A stretch of 64,000 nucleotides of DNA from Acidobacteriota bacterium (GTDB lineage Bacteria > Acidobacteriota > UBA6911 > RPQK01 > JAJDTT01). The stretch is from the NCBI GenBank assembly GCA_965209055.1, contig OZ242374.1:5792001-5856000 (forward strand), written 5' to 3'. The notes beneath the pieces are model-generated. The model searched no databases and was not told where the DNA came from. It saw nothing but the letters and a program-made list of their open reading frames with translations. Position 1 is the stretch's first letter, and each line of letters begins with the position of its first letter. Below are positions 47,929-58,585 of the stretch, piece by piece. Both the position numbers and the translations under genes were made by a program.

Positions 47929-48999
47929 ATGTCCTGCGTTTCCCAGATTCCGCTCCTGGCGTTGCTGGCATCGCTTGCCGGCGGACCGGCCTCCGATACG
48001 TTGCCGCGTCTGGAGGAGGTCTTCAGCGTGTCCGAGCTGCGCCTCTATCGGGCGAAGAAGGACTACAAGTCGCACATGAAGCTTTTTCGGAAGGCCCTGG
48101 AGCGAAATTCCAAGCTTTTGTCAGCCTACGCGAAGAAGTCGGACCCCGGGGCCGTCCTGAAGGTGCTGGCGGACATGAAGGCCCTCTCAGAACATGCTCT
48201 GCGGGAAACCCCGGCCCGGGAGAAGGACGGCCGCTCCCGGGAAACGAAGCGTCTGGAAATAAGGGCGAGGCGCATCGTGGAGACGATGGAGGATCTCAAG
48301 CTCGTCCTGCCGTTTGAATACCGGGAAGATATCGACGACTGCATCCGGTCTCTGGAAAAGCTGCGCAAGCACCTGTTGGGTCAACTGTTTGGCCGGATTG
48401 CACCGTCCGGCGCCTTCTCCGCACCCGGTATCGCTCACGGACTGCTGGCTTCCAAGCCGGTGTCGCGGGCAGTCTCCTTTGCCCAGTCCTCAGACGGTTT
48501 CACCGATGAGGAATACACCAAGATCCAAAGGGCGCAGAAACTGGACCGGCGAACCCGCGTGTTCCTGAAGATCGCGGAGGATCGTCTGGAGGCGCTGGAC
48601 GAGCGCTGGACCCGGCTGACGGGGAAGGAACCGCCGGTGACCGGGAAAAAGCGGAAGAAAAAGAAGAAAAAGAAGAGCCGGAACGGCGAGGACGAGGGTC
48701 CGCTGGCGTTCCATGCCCACTGGGAACTGCTCCATGCCTATGAGCGGGCCATCGACGGCATCATGATCAACATCGACGAGAAGGCCAATCAACGGCGGCT
48801 CTCGGGCGAGGAGATCCACAAAGTCCTGAAAAGGTTCTGCGAGAACGTCCTCAAGTTCGAACCGCGCATGGAGACCATGGAGAAGCTGGCGGTCCAACTG
48901 GACGATGACGACTATTGGCTGACCCTGGAAGAGGCCAGGAAGACCACCGAGATCGCCCGCAAGGGATGCCGCCTGGGTCTGGGCGGCGACCTGGAATAG
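47929..48999 (+). CDS. Hypothetical secreted helical protein with a Lys-rich stretch
   Basis: Signal-like N-terminus, two loosely repeated helical halves, KKRKKKKKKKS; starts 2 nt after argS. Confidence 0.7.
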   Translation: MSCVSQIPLLALLASLAGGPASDTLPRLEEVFSVSELRLYRAKKDYKSHMKLFRKALERNSKLLSAYAKKSDPGAVLKVLADMKALSEHALRETPAREKDGRSRETKRLEIRARRIVETMEDLKLVLPFEYREDIDDCIRSLEKLRKHLLGQLFGRIAPSGAFSAPGIAHGLLASKPVSRAVSFAQSSDGFTDEEYTKIQRAQKLDRRTRVFLKIAEDRLEALDERWTRLTGKEPPVTGKKRKKKKKKKSRNGEDEGPLAFHAHWELLHAYERAIDGIMINIDEKANQRRLSGEEIHKVLKRFCENVLKFEPRMETMEKLAVQLDDDDYWLTLEEARKTTEIARKGCRLGLGGDLE

Positions 49000-49044
49000 C
49001 CGGCCGGCGCCCGTCTCGTCCCGCGCAGACCGGTCTCGGATCAA

Positions 49045-49686
49045 TCAGATCTCCGAGTTCGCATGCGGTCCCTCGACCGCCCGCATCAGCCACGTGATCC
49101 CGGCCAGGCCTGCGGCCCCGCAGCTCGCGATGCGGTCCAAATCGGACTCCACGACCCCTCCCAGGGCAAATACCGGGATCTCGACGGAGTGCGCGATGCG
49201 CTCCAATTCCGGGAATCCCAGTGCCGGTGCGCGCGCCTCTTTGGAGAGAGGGTTCCGAACCGGGCTCACCAACACGTAGTCGGCTCCCTCCGCCGCGGCC
49301 CGCAACACGTCGTCACGGCTGTGAGCCGACTTGCCCAGGAGAAACGCCCGGGATCCGTACTGCTCACGGAACCGGATGGCGCACGACAGATCCTGCTTCG
49401 AAGTCAGGTGGCTTCCGCCGGCCCCTTCTTGAAGGGCCAGTTCCACGTGAGTGTTGACCAGGAACACCTTTCCGACCCGGCGCGCCAACTCGGCGCCCCG
49501 CTTCACCAGGGGGCGGGCCTCCGCCGGCGAGAGGTCTTTTTCCCGCCACTGCAGGGCGTCGGCCGGGCTGCCGAAAATGCGATCCAGATAGTCTTCAGGC
49601 GCCAAACCGGGAAAGGCGCCGCGATTTGAGATGCCGTAGAGGTAGGGGGGACTATGTCCTTGGAAAATATCGCTGATAATGGACAA
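49045..49686 (-). CDS. thiE: Thiamine-phosphate synthase / TenI-like protein
   Basis: LQWREKDL, SAHS, GADYVLVSPV, IPVFALGGV, GAAGLAGI. Confidence 0.8.
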   Translation of the reverse strand: MSIISDIFQGHSPPYLYGISNRGAFPGLAPEDYLDRIFGSPADALQWREKDLSPAEARPLVKRGAELARRVGKVFLVNTHVELALQEGAGGSHLTSKQDLSCAIRFREQYGSRAFLLGKSAHSRDDVLRAAAEGADYVLVSPVRNPLSKEARAPALGFPELERIAHSVEIPVFALGGVVESDLDRIASCGAAGLAGITWLMRAVEGPHANSEI

Positions 49687-49894
49687 TTTCCCACGTCCCC
49701 AGGATCAGGTTGGCCAACCCCAGACCGGAAACCGCACCGCGAACGAAATTGTTGAGCATGATCACCCGGAGCCAGGGGTAGAGGTCCAGGAGAGAGTTCT
49801 GGCTCCATTGTTCCCACCAGGGAAACAGGAGCAGAAAGATCCCGACCTCGAAGCAGTAGAGCACGTAGAGACCGAACAGGACCTTCTGAATCAT
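49652..49894 (-). CDS. Small hypothetical membrane protein
   Basis: Two TM segments, CFEVGIFLLLFPW...RGAVSGLG; overlaps the downstream gene. Confidence 0.7.
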   Translation of the reverse strand: MIQKVLFGLYVLYCFEVGIFLLLFPWWEQWSQNSLLDLYPWLRVIMLNNFVRGAVSGLGLANLILGTWEIVHYQRYFPRT

Positions 49895-49963
49895 GAACCG
49901 CCGTCTGACACTGACTGCGGAATCTCCCCGTGAACTGTCAGCAGTCCGTGTCCAAGGCCTCCT

Positions 49964-50002
49964 TGACAGCCCGTGGCAAAAGTCCCGCGAGCACCGAAAC
50001 CG
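49964..50002 (+). repeat. Fragment of the MITE-like family
   Basis: CGTGGCAAAAGTCCCGCGAGCACCGAAACCG matches the reverse complement of 53914-53944 with three mismatches. Confidence 0.75.
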
Positions 50003-50122
50003 TAGATGAGCCTCCCGGTCCGGGCGCGGCGAGCGATCCCGCCAAGTGAGTCGACCGGGAAGGAACGCCGGCCACGGAATCAGCGCGCAGGCGGAAGGGC
50101 GAGACGAACCCGCGCCGGGCCG

Positions 50123-50464
50123 TCAGCGCTTCTCCCGGATCCTGGCCTTCTTCCCCTTGAGCTCGCGCAGATAGTAGAGCTTGGCCCGCCGGACTCGTCC
50201 TCTGCGCAGTACCTGCACACCTTCGATCAACGGGGAGTGGAAGGGGAAAATACGCTCCACACCGTAGCCGAACGAGATCCTGCGAACCGTGAAGGTGGAA
50301 CCCAGCCCCCGCTTGCGAATGGCGATGACGACTCCCTCGAAGGGCTGCACGCGAGTCTTGTTGCCCTCCCTGATCTTGAAATTGACCCGGACCGTGTCTC
50401 CGGGTCCGAAATCGGGGATCCCGTCCCTCATCTGCGGCTGTTCGACCAGTTGTATCGAATTCAT
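50123..50464 (-). CDS. rplS: 50S ribosomal protein L19
   Basis: [28 protein letters not shown]. Confidence 0.98.
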   Translation of the reverse strand: MNSIQLVEQPQMRDGIPDFGPGDTVRVNFKIREGNKTRVQPFEGVVIAIRKRGLGSTFTVRRISFGYGVERIFPFHSPLIEGVQVLRRGRVRRAKLYYLRELKGKKARIREKR

Positions 50465-50474
50465 GACTCCACCC

Positions 50475-51179
50475 TCATCCTTTCGCCCTGCCGCAACTCG
50501 CGCCCGAACCGAGCAAATCGGGCCTGCGATCCCGAGTACGTCTCAGAGCCTGTTCCTCTCGCCAGGAACGGATCTCTTTATGGTTCCCCGACAGCAGGAC
50601 CTCGGGGACCGCACGATCCCGGTATGTGGCCGGCCGGGTGTACTGAGGATAGTCCAACAACCCGGTGGCAAACGACTCCTGCTCCAATGAAGCCGGCTTG
50701 CCCACCACGCCCGGGATCATTCGCACGATCGCGTCCACTATCAGCAGGGCCGGCAGTTCGCCACCCGTGACCACGAAGTCTCCCATGGAGATCTCTTCGT
50801 CCACCAGATCATCCAACGCCCTCTGGTCCACTCCCTCGTAACGTCCACATATGAACGTCAGATGGGATTTCCGGGACAATTCCACCGCCTTCTCCTGCGT
50901 GAACCGGCTTCCCTGCGGACTCGGATAGACGACCCAGGGCTTTCGCCGGCCCTGGCGACATCGCTCCACCGCGCGGAACAGGGGTTCGGGCTTGAGCACC
51001 ATGCCCTCTCCGCCTCCGTAGGGCCGATCGTCCACGGTTCGGTGCCGATCCGTCGTAAATTCCCGGAGGTCCACCAACTCCAAGCGAAACAAATCCTTTC
51101 GGATCGCCTGATGCAGGATACCGTAATCGAAAAATCCCTGACACATCCCGGGGAAAATGGTGATGACATCGACCTGCAT
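50475..51179 (-). CDS. trmD: tRNA (guanine37-N1)-methyltransferase
   Basis: [38 protein letters not shown]. Confidence 0.97.
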   Translation of the reverse strand: MQVDVITIFPGMCQGFFDYGILHQAIRKDLFRLELVDLREFTTDRHRTVDDRPYGGGEGMVLKPEPLFRAVERCRQGRRKPWVVYPSPQGSRFTQEKAVELSRKSHLTFICGRYEGVDQRALDDLVDEEISMGDFVVTGGELPALLIVDAIVRMIPGVVGKPASLEQESFATGLLDYPQYTRPATYRDRAVPEVLLSGNHKEIRSWREEQALRRTRDRRPDLLGSGASCGRAKG

Positions 51180-51238
51180 TTCAGAAGCAACTCCTGCAGA
51201 CCGTCCCGCTGGTCCGCAGTCAAACGCCCCGCGACATG

Positions 51239-51754
51239 CTAGCCCGAAGGGGCCAGTCCCGGAGGAAGGTCCACCTGGATGACCCCGCGGTCCAGATCCA
51301 CATCCCGAATGAACGCCCGTGCCAACGGGATCATGAGTTCCCCATCGTTCTGGTCCCGGATCACCAGATTCACGCCTTCGGAACCGGTTCGAAACAATTC
51401 GACCACCGTGCCCAGATCGTGTCCTTTCTGCTCGACGCTCAAACCCAGGAGATCAGACTCGAAGAAGGCCCCTTCCGGGAGCGGCATGCGCTCCTCCAAG
51501 GGGATCTGGACCTCCCCCCCGATCAGTTCCCGGACCTGTTCGGGCCGTTCCCTGCCCCGAAACTTCAGCAGCACGCGGCCCTTGTGAAAACGGGCCGACT
51601 CGATGAACTCCTGGTACTCGGCGCCGGGAAGGGCCACCCGGACGTCGTTCGTAGAGGAGAATCGCTCCGGGAAGTCCGTCAGAAGCTCGGCGGAAACCTC
51701 ACCACGTATTCCCCTCGCCTTGACGATGAGAGCTATGGCTATGAATTCAGTCAA
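51239..51754 (-). CDS. rimM: Ribosome maturation factor RimM
   Basis: ARGIRGEV, TDFPERF, conserved position in the rpsP-trmD cluster. Confidence 0.93.
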   Translation of the reverse strand: MTEFIAIALIVKARGIRGEVSAELLTDFPERFSSTNDVRVALPGAEYQEFIESARFHKGRVLLKFRGRERPEQVRELIGGEVQIPLEERMPLPEGAFFESDLLGLSVEQKGHDLGTVVELFRTGSEGVNLVIRDQNDGELMIPLARAFIRDVDLDRGVIQVDLPPGLAPSG

Positions 51755-51985
51755 CTACTCGAGGATTTCCAGGACGAACCTTTTGCGCAACTTCATTCCG
51801 GCCGCGCCCAACAACGTCCGAATGGCACGGGCGGTTCGTCCGTGCCTGCCGATGACCTTGCCAAGATCATGCTGGGCGACCCTCAGTTCGAGCACGGTGG
51901 TCTGTTCCCCCGCCACCTCGGTCACTCGAACTTCTTCCGGATCATCGACCAGCGTCTTCGCTATCATCTCGACAAGCTCTCTCAT
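51755..51985 (-). CDS. khpA: KH-domain RNA-binding protein KhpA
   Basis: [25 protein letters not shown]. Confidence 0.95.
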   Translation of the reverse strand: MRELVEMIAKTLVDDPEEVRVTEVAGEQTTVLELRVAQHDLGKVIGRHGRTARAIRTLLGAAGMKLRKRFVLEILE

Positions 51986-52070
51986 AGTTGCCTCCTGGCA
52001 GCGCTGCCGGGAGCCCGTGACCGGCGCCGTTATGGCGCCGGCACGAAGCTGCTCGTGACCATCAACCGAC

Positions 52071-52319
52071 TCAGGGTTGCTCTTGCTGGCGAACCCTGCT
52101 GATCAGTCCGGTGACCGTTCCCGAAGGCTGAGCCCCCAGATTCATCCAGTGGTCGATTCGCTCCAGGTTCAAGCTGAGACGAACCGGTTTGAGAGCCGGA
52201 TTGTAATATCCCAAGATTTCAAGAAATCGCCCGTCCCTGGGACTGCTGCGCTCAGCCACCACAACCCGGTAGTGGGGATCCTTCTTGGCACCGTGTCGAC
52301 TTAGCCGTATTCTCAACAA
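52071..52319 (-). CDS. rpsP: 30S ribosomal protein S16
   Basis: [37 protein letters not shown]. Confidence 0.97.
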   Translation of the reverse strand: MLRIRLSRHGAKKDPHYRVVVAERSSPRDGRFLEILGYYNPALKPVRLSLNLERIDHWMNLGAQPSGTVTGLISRVRQQEQP

Positions 52320-52362
52320 TCGATTACCTCCAACAAAAACAGTATTTTATCAAAAAGAGGCT

Positions 52363-53694
52363 CTAGACGGGGAAGCCGATGCGACTCCGAGACCGGCCCA
52401 GAAACCCCCGCTTCATACGTTTCATCATGGTTCGAGCCTGCAGATACTGCTTCAGGAGGCGGTTGACGTCGGACACCGTCCGGCCGCTGCCGCGGGCGAT
52501 CCGGCGGCGGCGGGAACCCTTGATGATCCGGGGGTTTGCGCGCTCCATGGGAGTCATGGAATTGATCATCGCCTCCATGGCGTCCAGTTGCTTTTCTTCG
52601 AGCTGGACCTGTCCCATCCCCTTGAACATTCCTCCCTGCGGAAGCATGCCCATAACCTGTTCCAGTGGTCCCAGCTTGCGGAGCTGGCGCAATTGGACCC
52701 TGAAGTCGTCCAGGGTGAATTCATCCCTCCGGATCCTCTCCAGAATCTTCCGGCTGTCCTGCGGCGCCACCGCCGCTTCAGCCTTCTCGATGAGGCGGAG
52801 GACATCTCCCTGGCCCAGTATCCGGCCGGCCATCCGCTCCGGATGAAAGGTTTCGAAGGCGCCGTAGTCCTCACCCGTTCCGATGAATTTGATGGGCTGA
52901 CCCGTGACGGTCCGGATCGAAAGGGCCGCGCCGCCGCGGGCGTCCCCATCCATCTTGGTGAGGACCACGCCGGATAGATCGAGCCGGTCTCCAAAGCTCT
53001 TGGCCGAACGGACGGCATCCTGACCCGTCATGGCATCGGCGACCAAAAGAACTTCGTGGGCCCCCACTCCGGCCACGATCTCCTGCAACTCGATCATGAG
53101 CTCCTCGTCCACGTGGAGGCGCCCCGCCGTATCGACGAGCAGCGGGTCGAATCCCATGTTTGCGGCCCGCTTCCTGGCCGTCCGGGCCCGGCGAACCGGG
53201 TCCCGGGCCGGGGGGTCCTCCACCTCGATCCCGATGGCGGAGCCCACGACCGAGAGTTGATGGATGGCCGCCGGGCGGCGGACATCCGTCGACACCATCA
53301 GGGGCCGCCGGCCCTTGGCTTCGAGCCATCGCGCCAGTTTCCCCGTCGTGGTCGTCTTGCCGCTCCCTTGCAGACCGACCAACACGATCACCGTCGGCCT
53401 TCGAGCTCCCCTGGTCAAATCGGCCGTCTCCGATCCGAGAAGGCGAGTGAGCTCCTCGTTGACGATCTTCACGACCTGTTGACCGGGGGTGAGGCTGCGC
53501 ATCACTTCCTGTCCCAAGGCCTTTTCCCGGATGCCGGAGATGAACGACTTGACCACGCCGAAATGGACGTCGGCCTCCAGCAGGGCGATGCGGATCTGGC
53601 GCAGAGAGGCATTCAGGTGCGCCTTGGAGACGCGCCCCTCCCCCTTGAGATCCCTCAGAATCTTCTGCAGCCGGGAGGACAGGTTCTCGAACAT
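52363..53694 (-). CDS. ffh: Signal recognition particle protein Ffh
   Basis: MFENLS start, GLQGSGKTT, DTAGR, TKMDGDARGG, SRRRRIARGSG. Confidence 0.97.
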   Translation of the reverse strand: MFENLSSRLQKILRDLKGEGRVSKAHLNASLRQIRIALLEADVHFGVVKSFISGIREKALGQEVMRSLTPGQQVVKIVNEELTRLLGSETADLTRGARRPTVIVLVGLQGSGKTTTTGKLARWLEAKGRRPLMVSTDVRRPAAIHQLSVVGSAIGIEVEDPPARDPVRRARTARKRAANMGFDPLLVDTAGRLHVDEELMIELQEIVAGVGAHEVLLVADAMTGQDAVRSAKSFGDRLDLSGVVLTKMDGDARGGAALSIRTVTGQPIKFIGTGEDYGAFETFHPERMAGRILGQGDVLRLIEKAEAAVAPQDSRKILERIRRDEFTLDDFRVQLRQLRKLGPLEQVMGMLPQGGMFKGMGQVQLEEKQLDAMEAMINSMTPMERANPRIIKGSRRRRIARGSGRTVSDVNRLLKQYLQARTMMKRMKRGFLGRSRSRIGFPV

Positions 53695-53791
53695 GACGTC
53701 AGCCTCGAACAGTCGCCTCCATTCTATCGCGCCTGTCAAAACCGGGCCGGCTCCGGCCGAATCCCGCCGCGACCGGCGTCCCGAATTGCCG

Positions 53792-53950
53792 GCAGACCGT
53801 GGCAAAAGTCGTCACGGCATTCGACCGCGTCTGCGCCCGCCGGACTGCGTTGCTCCTCGGTCACATATTCCCGATATGCTCCCTCAGAGCGCCTTGTCCG
53901 GCGGGCGCAGTCCCGGTCTCGGTGCTCGCGAGACTTCTGCCACGAACTGC
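53792..53950. mobile_element. MITE-like element (159 bp)
   Basis: Terminal inverted repeats GCAGACCGTGGCAAAAGTC / GACTTCTGCCACGAACTGC (16/19), perfect internal 15-bp inverted repeat (53831-53845 / 53896-53910), related copies elsewhere in the window. Confidence 0.75.
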
Positions 53951-53982
53951 ACGTCTGCGGGACGAAATCGGAGTTCCCGGGA

Positions 53983-55908
53983 ATGAGAGACTTTCTGGTC
54001 GGAACCGCCGGTCACATCGATCACGGCAAGACCACCCTCCTGAAAGCCTTGACGGGCATCGACACCGACCGCCTGGAGGAAGAAAAGCGCCGCGGGATCA
54101 CCATCGACATCGGCTTCGCCCACCTGTCCCTGGGTCACGTCCGGATCGGGTTCGTCGACGTTCCGGGGCACGAAAGGCTGGTCAAGAACATGCTGGCCGG
54201 CATCGGCGGCATCGACTTGGCTCTGCTCATCGTCGCCGCCGACGAATCGATCATGCCGCAGACGCTGGAGCATTTTCACATCTGCCGGCTCCTGGACATT
54301 CCCGCAGGAATCGTCGTCCTCACCAAGTGCGATTCGGTGGAGCCGGAACTTCTGAACCTGGTTCGGGAAGAGATTCGAGCCATGACCCGGGGCAGCTTGC
54401 TTGAAAACAGTCCGGTCATCGCCGTGGACAGCATCTCGGGGAGCGGGCTGGAGCGACTGAAACAGGCTCTGCTCGATCATGCTCGAGGACCCGGTCGGAA
54501 TCGTGGCTTCCGGCTGGAAAGAGTGATCCGGCTGCCGGTGGACCGGGTCTTCACCAAGCGGGGATTCGGGACGGTGGTGACCGGCACCCTGACCTCGGGA
54601 ATCATCGAGCAGGGAGACGCCGTTGCCGTCTATCCTTCCGGAAAGAGGGGCAAGATCCGGCGCGTCGAGATCTTCAACCGCGAGGCTGCCAAGGCGGTGG
54701 CGGGCCAGCGGACCGCATTGAACCTCTCGGGACTGGGAAAGGACGACCTGAACCGGGGGATGGTCCTTTCGCGGCCCGGAGGTCTTCGGCCGACTCGTTC
54801 TCTGGACGCCTCGATCAGCGTGCTGACGGACGCGCCGCGCCCGCTGAAACGAAAAACTCCAGTCCGATTTCACCACGGAAGCGGACAGTGGCACGGCCAT
54901 GTGTATCCACTGGAAGGGAAAGTGGTGGCTCCCGGCCGGCGCGCGATGGTTCAGTTGCGACTCGATCAACCCGCCATGTGCTGGATTGGAGACCGGTTCA
55001 TTCTCAGGATGGACTCTCCGCCCGTCACCGTCGGAGGCGGAGTGGTGTTGGACGACCACCCGCCCCGTCACCGTGCCCGGAATCTCTCCGGAGCGCTGTC
55101 GGCATTGAAGGCGCTTCATTCGGGACTGGAAGCCACCTGCCGCGACACGGACCGGATCCGGCTCGAGTTCCTGGTTCGCTCCAAAGGGGAGCCCGGGATT
55201 GACATCGGCGAGTTGGCCGCCCGGACCGGCGCGCCGCGGCGGCGATTGCTGGAACACCTGCGGGAGCATCCGGATATCGAGCTCGTGCCCCAGGAGCCGT
55301 CTCTGGCAGTGACGCGGGCAGCCCTGCGAAGTCTGCAGGAATCGATGCTCTCCTACCTGAACGATTTCCACTCTCGAAACCCGCTGGCCGCGGGCGTCTC
55401 CAGGGAAGAGCTTCGAAACCGGTTCCTGAGGTCCTCCAGTATCGACTACTTCCAGTTCCTGCTGCAGCGGCTGGAGCAGCGGGAACTGATCCGCATCGAC
55501 CGCTCGATCGTCATGCGGCGAGATTGGGCGCCCCGCCTGAATCCGGCTCAGGAGGGAGTGCGGCGGTCCATTCTGGATGCTCTCCGGAGAAGTTTTCCCC
55601 GGCCGCCGAACCTGACGGAGCTGAAGCAGCGGCTGCACCACCCGCCGTCCCGGACCGAAGAGGTCTGTTTCTTCCTGATCCAACAAGGCGATCTGGTCCG
55701 GGTCGGCGGGGAATTCGTCTTGACCCCGTTTCAAATCGACCGTCTCAAAAACGAACTCACGATCAAGTTCTCTCCCGGCCAATCGTTTTCGGTCCCCGAG
55801 TTCAAGGACTCCCTGGGGATCAGCCGCAAGTACGCCATCCCGTTTCTCGAGTACCTGGACCGGGAGGGAGTCACCCGGCGCCAGGGAGACGGAAGAGTCG
55901 TTCTTTAA
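53983..55908 (+). CDS. selB: Selenocysteine-specific elongation factor SelB
   Basis: [28 protein letters not shown]-terminal winged helix [14 protein letters not shown]. Confidence 0.96.
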   Translation: MRDFLVGTAGHIDHGKTTLLKALTGIDTDRLEEEKRRGITIDIGFAHLSLGHVRIGFVDVPGHERLVKNMLAGIGGIDLALLIVAADESIMPQTLEHFHICRLLDIPAGIVVLTKCDSVEPELLNLVREEIRAMTRGSLLENSPVIAVDSISGSGLERLKQALLDHARGPGRNRGFRLERVIRLPVDRVFTKRGFGTVVTGTLTSGIIEQGDAVAVYPSGKRGKIRRVEIFNREAAKAVAGQRTALNLSGLGKDDLNRGMVLSRPGGLRPTRSLDASISVLTDAPRPLKRKTPVRFHHGSGQWHGHVYPLEGKVVAPGRRAMVQLRLDQPAMCWIGDRFILRMDSPPVTVGGGVVLDDHPPRHRARNLSGALSALKALHSGLEATCRDTDRIRLEFLVRSKGEPGIDIGELAARTGAPRRRLLEHLREHPDIELVPQEPSLAVTRAALRSLQESMLSYLNDFHSRNPLAAGVSREELRNRFLRSSSIDYFQFLLQRLEQRELIRIDRSIVMRRDWAPRLNPAQEGVRRSILDALRRSFPRPPNLTELKQRLHHPPSRTEEVCFFLIQQGDLVRVGGEFVLTPFQIDRLKNELTIKFSPGQSFSVPEFKDSLGISRKYAIPFLEYLDREGVTRRQGDGRVVL

Positions 55909-55910
55909 CC

Positions 55911-56067
55911 GCCCGTTGCAAAAGCCGGCACGGCATTCGTCCGTCCCTGCACAGGCGCGGACTGCGTTGCTGCCGGTCTGCGTTAAACCCCTCCCGACCC
56001 GGCGCTGAGCCTCATTTCTCACCCGGCGCAAAAAGTTCATAGACTGAAATTGTGCACAGTGCAACGG
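55911..56067. mobile_element. Diverged second copy of the MITE-like element
   Basis: CCGTTGCAAAAGCCGGCACGGCATTCG...CGGACTGCGTTGCT aligns with 53797-53854; CCGTTGCA / TGCAACGG inverted ends 155 bp apart. Confidence 0.6.
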
Positions 56068-56233
56068 TAAGGATGTGGCCGCAGACTTGTCGAACCGGGC
56101 GGCACCGAACTTCCCGCCCGCACAACTCCCAAGACGCACGGACTCGATGTTCCGCCGCGTTACGGGCCAGGTGCGGGTCTGGAGGTCCCGGGCTGCCCAT
56201 GGTCAAAACGTAAAGACGAAAAAGGAGAATCCA

Positions 56234-56932
56234 ATGAAATTCAGGATGAATTCCATTTTCACGGTCTGCATCATTGTGTCTCTCGCCTTGGCCTCCGGCG
56301 CCACCGGCCTCGCTCAGGACACTTTCCAGGTCACAGTCCACAACCTGACCGGGAGTCAACTCATCACCCCGCCTTTGGTCGTGGTGCATGATTCCTCCAC
56401 CTCCCTCTTCACGGTCGGACAGCCCGCAAGCGCCGAATTGGCGACGCTGGCGGAAGAGGGAAACCCCATGCCGCTGATGGAAGCCGCGATGGGAATGGAG
56501 GGAGTATTCGATACCGGAGTGGCCTTCGGTCCCGGAGACCCGCCGGTCATTCCCCCGGGCGAGTCCGCCAGCGTGATGGTGGAGGCCACGCCCCAGTACA
56601 AGTGGCTTTCGGTCGTGGGCATGCTGGCGACGACCAATGATTCATTCTTTGCAGTCAGCAGAGTGCAGCTTCCGGTGCGAGTGGCTTTCTACTTCCTCGG
56701 GCCCCGCTCCTTGACGGTGAGCGCCCCGGCCTACGATGCAGGAAGCGAGGCAAACTCCGAGTCGTGTGACTTCATTCCCGGCCCGCCCTGTGGAAATCAC
56801 GTCCACGATCCGGCCGAAGCCGAAGGCTTCGTTCATATCAGCAACGGGGTTCACGGAACCGGCGACGTCAATGCCGCCGATGCCGACTGGCGCAATCCCG
56901 TAGCCCGAGTGACGATCACCCGGGTCGATTGA
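56234..56932 (+). CDS. Secreted spondin-domain (Spondin_N) protein
   Basis: NLTGSQLITP, LAEEGN, MLATTNDSF, YDAGSEANSE, NPVARVTITR; AAGGAG RBS. Confidence 0.85.
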   Translation: MKFRMNSIFTVCIIVSLALASGATGLAQDTFQVTVHNLTGSQLITPPLVVVHDSSTSLFTVGQPASAELATLAEEGNPMPLMEAAMGMEGVFDTGVAFGPGDPPVIPPGESASVMVEATPQYKWLSVVGMLATTNDSFFAVSRVQLPVRVAFYFLGPRSLTVSAPAYDAGSEANSESCDFIPGPPCGNHVHDPAEAEGFVHISNGVHGTGDVNAADADWRNPVARVTITRVD

Positions 56933-56966
56933 AACGCCTGAGGCGGCGGAATGATTCCGCGCTCAC

Positions 56967-56998
56967 GACAGGGGCCGGCGCATGCGCCGGCCCCTGTC
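56967..56998 (+). terminator. Perfect 32-bp GC-rich palindrome, probable terminator or stabilising hairpin
   Basis: GACAGGGGCCGGCGCATGCGCCGGCCCCTGTC 34 nt after the spondin stop; the U-tract is weak. Confidence 0.45.
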
Positions 56999-57092
56999 TT
57001 CCCATGAGAACAGAATTGAACCTACAAGCCCTCCGGGATAGCCTGGACCGCGAAAGGGGCGGCGAGTCTCCTTCTTCAACGGAGGTTTGGAC

Positions 57093-58574
57093 ATGAGAAC
57101 GGGCAGGTTGGCGGCAGCGGCGTTTTCGCTGGGACTTTCAATGGTGGAGGCTTCGCCCGCCGGGCAGGACAAACCGGAAGGGCCCATCGATATCGGTTCC
57201 CGCCTGGAACTGTTCGTCGACGACTTCCTCATAGAGTCCATGGACGGGCTGGAACTTCGACTGCAGCGCCCGCGGTCCGCCGGGAAAATCGTGGTCTTCG
57301 ACCGGCCCTGGGAAGGCACCACCAGCGTCTATCACACCGTCTTCAAGGATGGAGACGGCTATCGCCTCTACTACCGGGGCAGCAGCGCTGCGGACTATGC
57401 CCACGAGGCCCTGTTGAGTCCGGAGGAAAAGATCGTTCCCAACCATGAATCGGTGACCTGCATGCTGGAGAGCCGGGATGGGATCGAGTGGACCCGGCCC
57501 TCTCTGGGCCTGGTCGAGTTCCAGGGATCCACCGACAACAACATCGTCTGGAAAGGAATGGCATCCTGCTGCTTCGCTCCGTTCAAGGACGACAATCCCG
57601 ATGCTCCCCCCGAAGAACGCTATAAGGCATTGGGCAACGCGGGACCCGGATGGCCCAATCACGTCCTGAAGGCGTTCGTCTCGGCGGATGGAAAGCGGTG
57701 GCGTCTCGCCAGCGAGGAGGCGGCCATCAGCGACGGCAAGTTCGACTCGCTGAACGTCCCCTTCTGGGACCCGGTCCGTCGCCGGTACGGGGCCGTCTAC
57801 CGCGACTCCGACGGAGTCCGCAGCGTCAAGTTCGCCACCTCCAGGGACTTTCTCAATTGGACTCCGGGAACCTGGGCCGACTACGGCGGCACTCCCCGCG
57901 AGCACCTTTACACGAACGGGACACAGCCCTATTTTCGCGCGCCCCACATCCTGATCGCGCTCCCCAAGAGGTTCGTCCCCTGGAGGACGTACCATCCCGC
58001 CATGCCCACCGCGGGCGTCTCGGAAGCGGTCTTCATGAGCAGCCGCGACGGCATTCACTGGGACCGGCGTTTCATGGAGGCGTTCATTCGCCCGGGCCGG
58101 GATCCCCGGAACTGGGTACACCGTACCAATATGCCCTCCGCCGGCGTGGTTGCCACTTCCGATGACGAGATGTCCCTCTACGTGTCGCGCCACTACACCT
58201 TTCCCAGCGCTCACCTGGAGCGGATGGTGCTGAGGACCGACGGCTACGTCTCCATCCACGCCGGCCATGAGGGGGGAGAATGGGTCAGTCGTCCCCTGAT
58301 CTTCGAGGGCGGAAATCTGGTTCTGAACCTTGCCACGTCCGCGGCCGGGAGCATTCGCCTGGAAGTGCAGGACACGAAGGGACGTCCACTCCCCGGGTTC
58401 GCGCTGGAGGAATCTCCCCTGATCTGGGGCGATGAGATCGAGCACACGGTGAGGTGGGAACGCAAGTATGGCCGGCCGGCCTCGGACCAGCCCCTGAAGA
58501 GGATCGCCGGCAAACCGGTTCGGCTCAGGTTCGTCATGAAGGACGCGGACCTCTACTCCCTCAGGTTCAGGTAG
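57093..58574 (+). CDS. Secreted beta-propeller glycoside-hydrolase-like protein
   Basis: ELFVDD, repeated SxDGxxW boxes (SRDGIEW, SADGKRW, SRDGIHW), LRTDGY, DADLYSLRF. Confidence 0.7.
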   Translation: MRTGRLAAAAFSLGLSMVEASPAGQDKPEGPIDIGSRLELFVDDFLIESMDGLELRLQRPRSAGKIVVFDRPWEGTTSVYHTVFKDGDGYRLYYRGSSAADYAHEALLSPEEKIVPNHESVTCMLESRDGIEWTRPSLGLVEFQGSTDNNIVWKGMASCCFAPFKDDNPDAPPEERYKALGNAGPGWPNHVLKAFVSADGKRWRLASEEAAISDGKFDSLNVPFWDPVRRRYGAVYRDSDGVRSVKFATSRDFLNWTPGTWADYGGTPREHLYTNGTQPYFRAPHILIALPKRFVPWRTYHPAMPTAGVSEAVFMSSRDGIHWDRRFMEAFIRPGRDPRNWVHRTNMPSAGVVATSDDEMSLYVSRHYTFPSAHLERMVLRTDGYVSIHAGHEGGEWVSRPLIFEGGNLVLNLATSAAGSIRLEVQDTKGRPLPGFALEESPLIWGDEIEHTVRWERKYGRPASDQPLKRIAGKPVRLRFVMKDADLYSLRFR

Positions 58575-58585
58575 CTGGAGTCCCG

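Noticed and set aside
53056-53982. Large N-terminal extensions on SelB (also GreA from 22201, DsbD from 63687, the DUF92 protein from 15096)
   Set aside because: The extensions overlap other genes; family homology begins at the downstream starts, three of which have GTGA coupling to the upstream stop.
53983-55908. Selenoprotein genes or tRNA-Sec near selB
   Set aside because: No gene in the window shows an in-frame TGA at a conserved Cys position that I could identify, and no tRNA fold was recognised.
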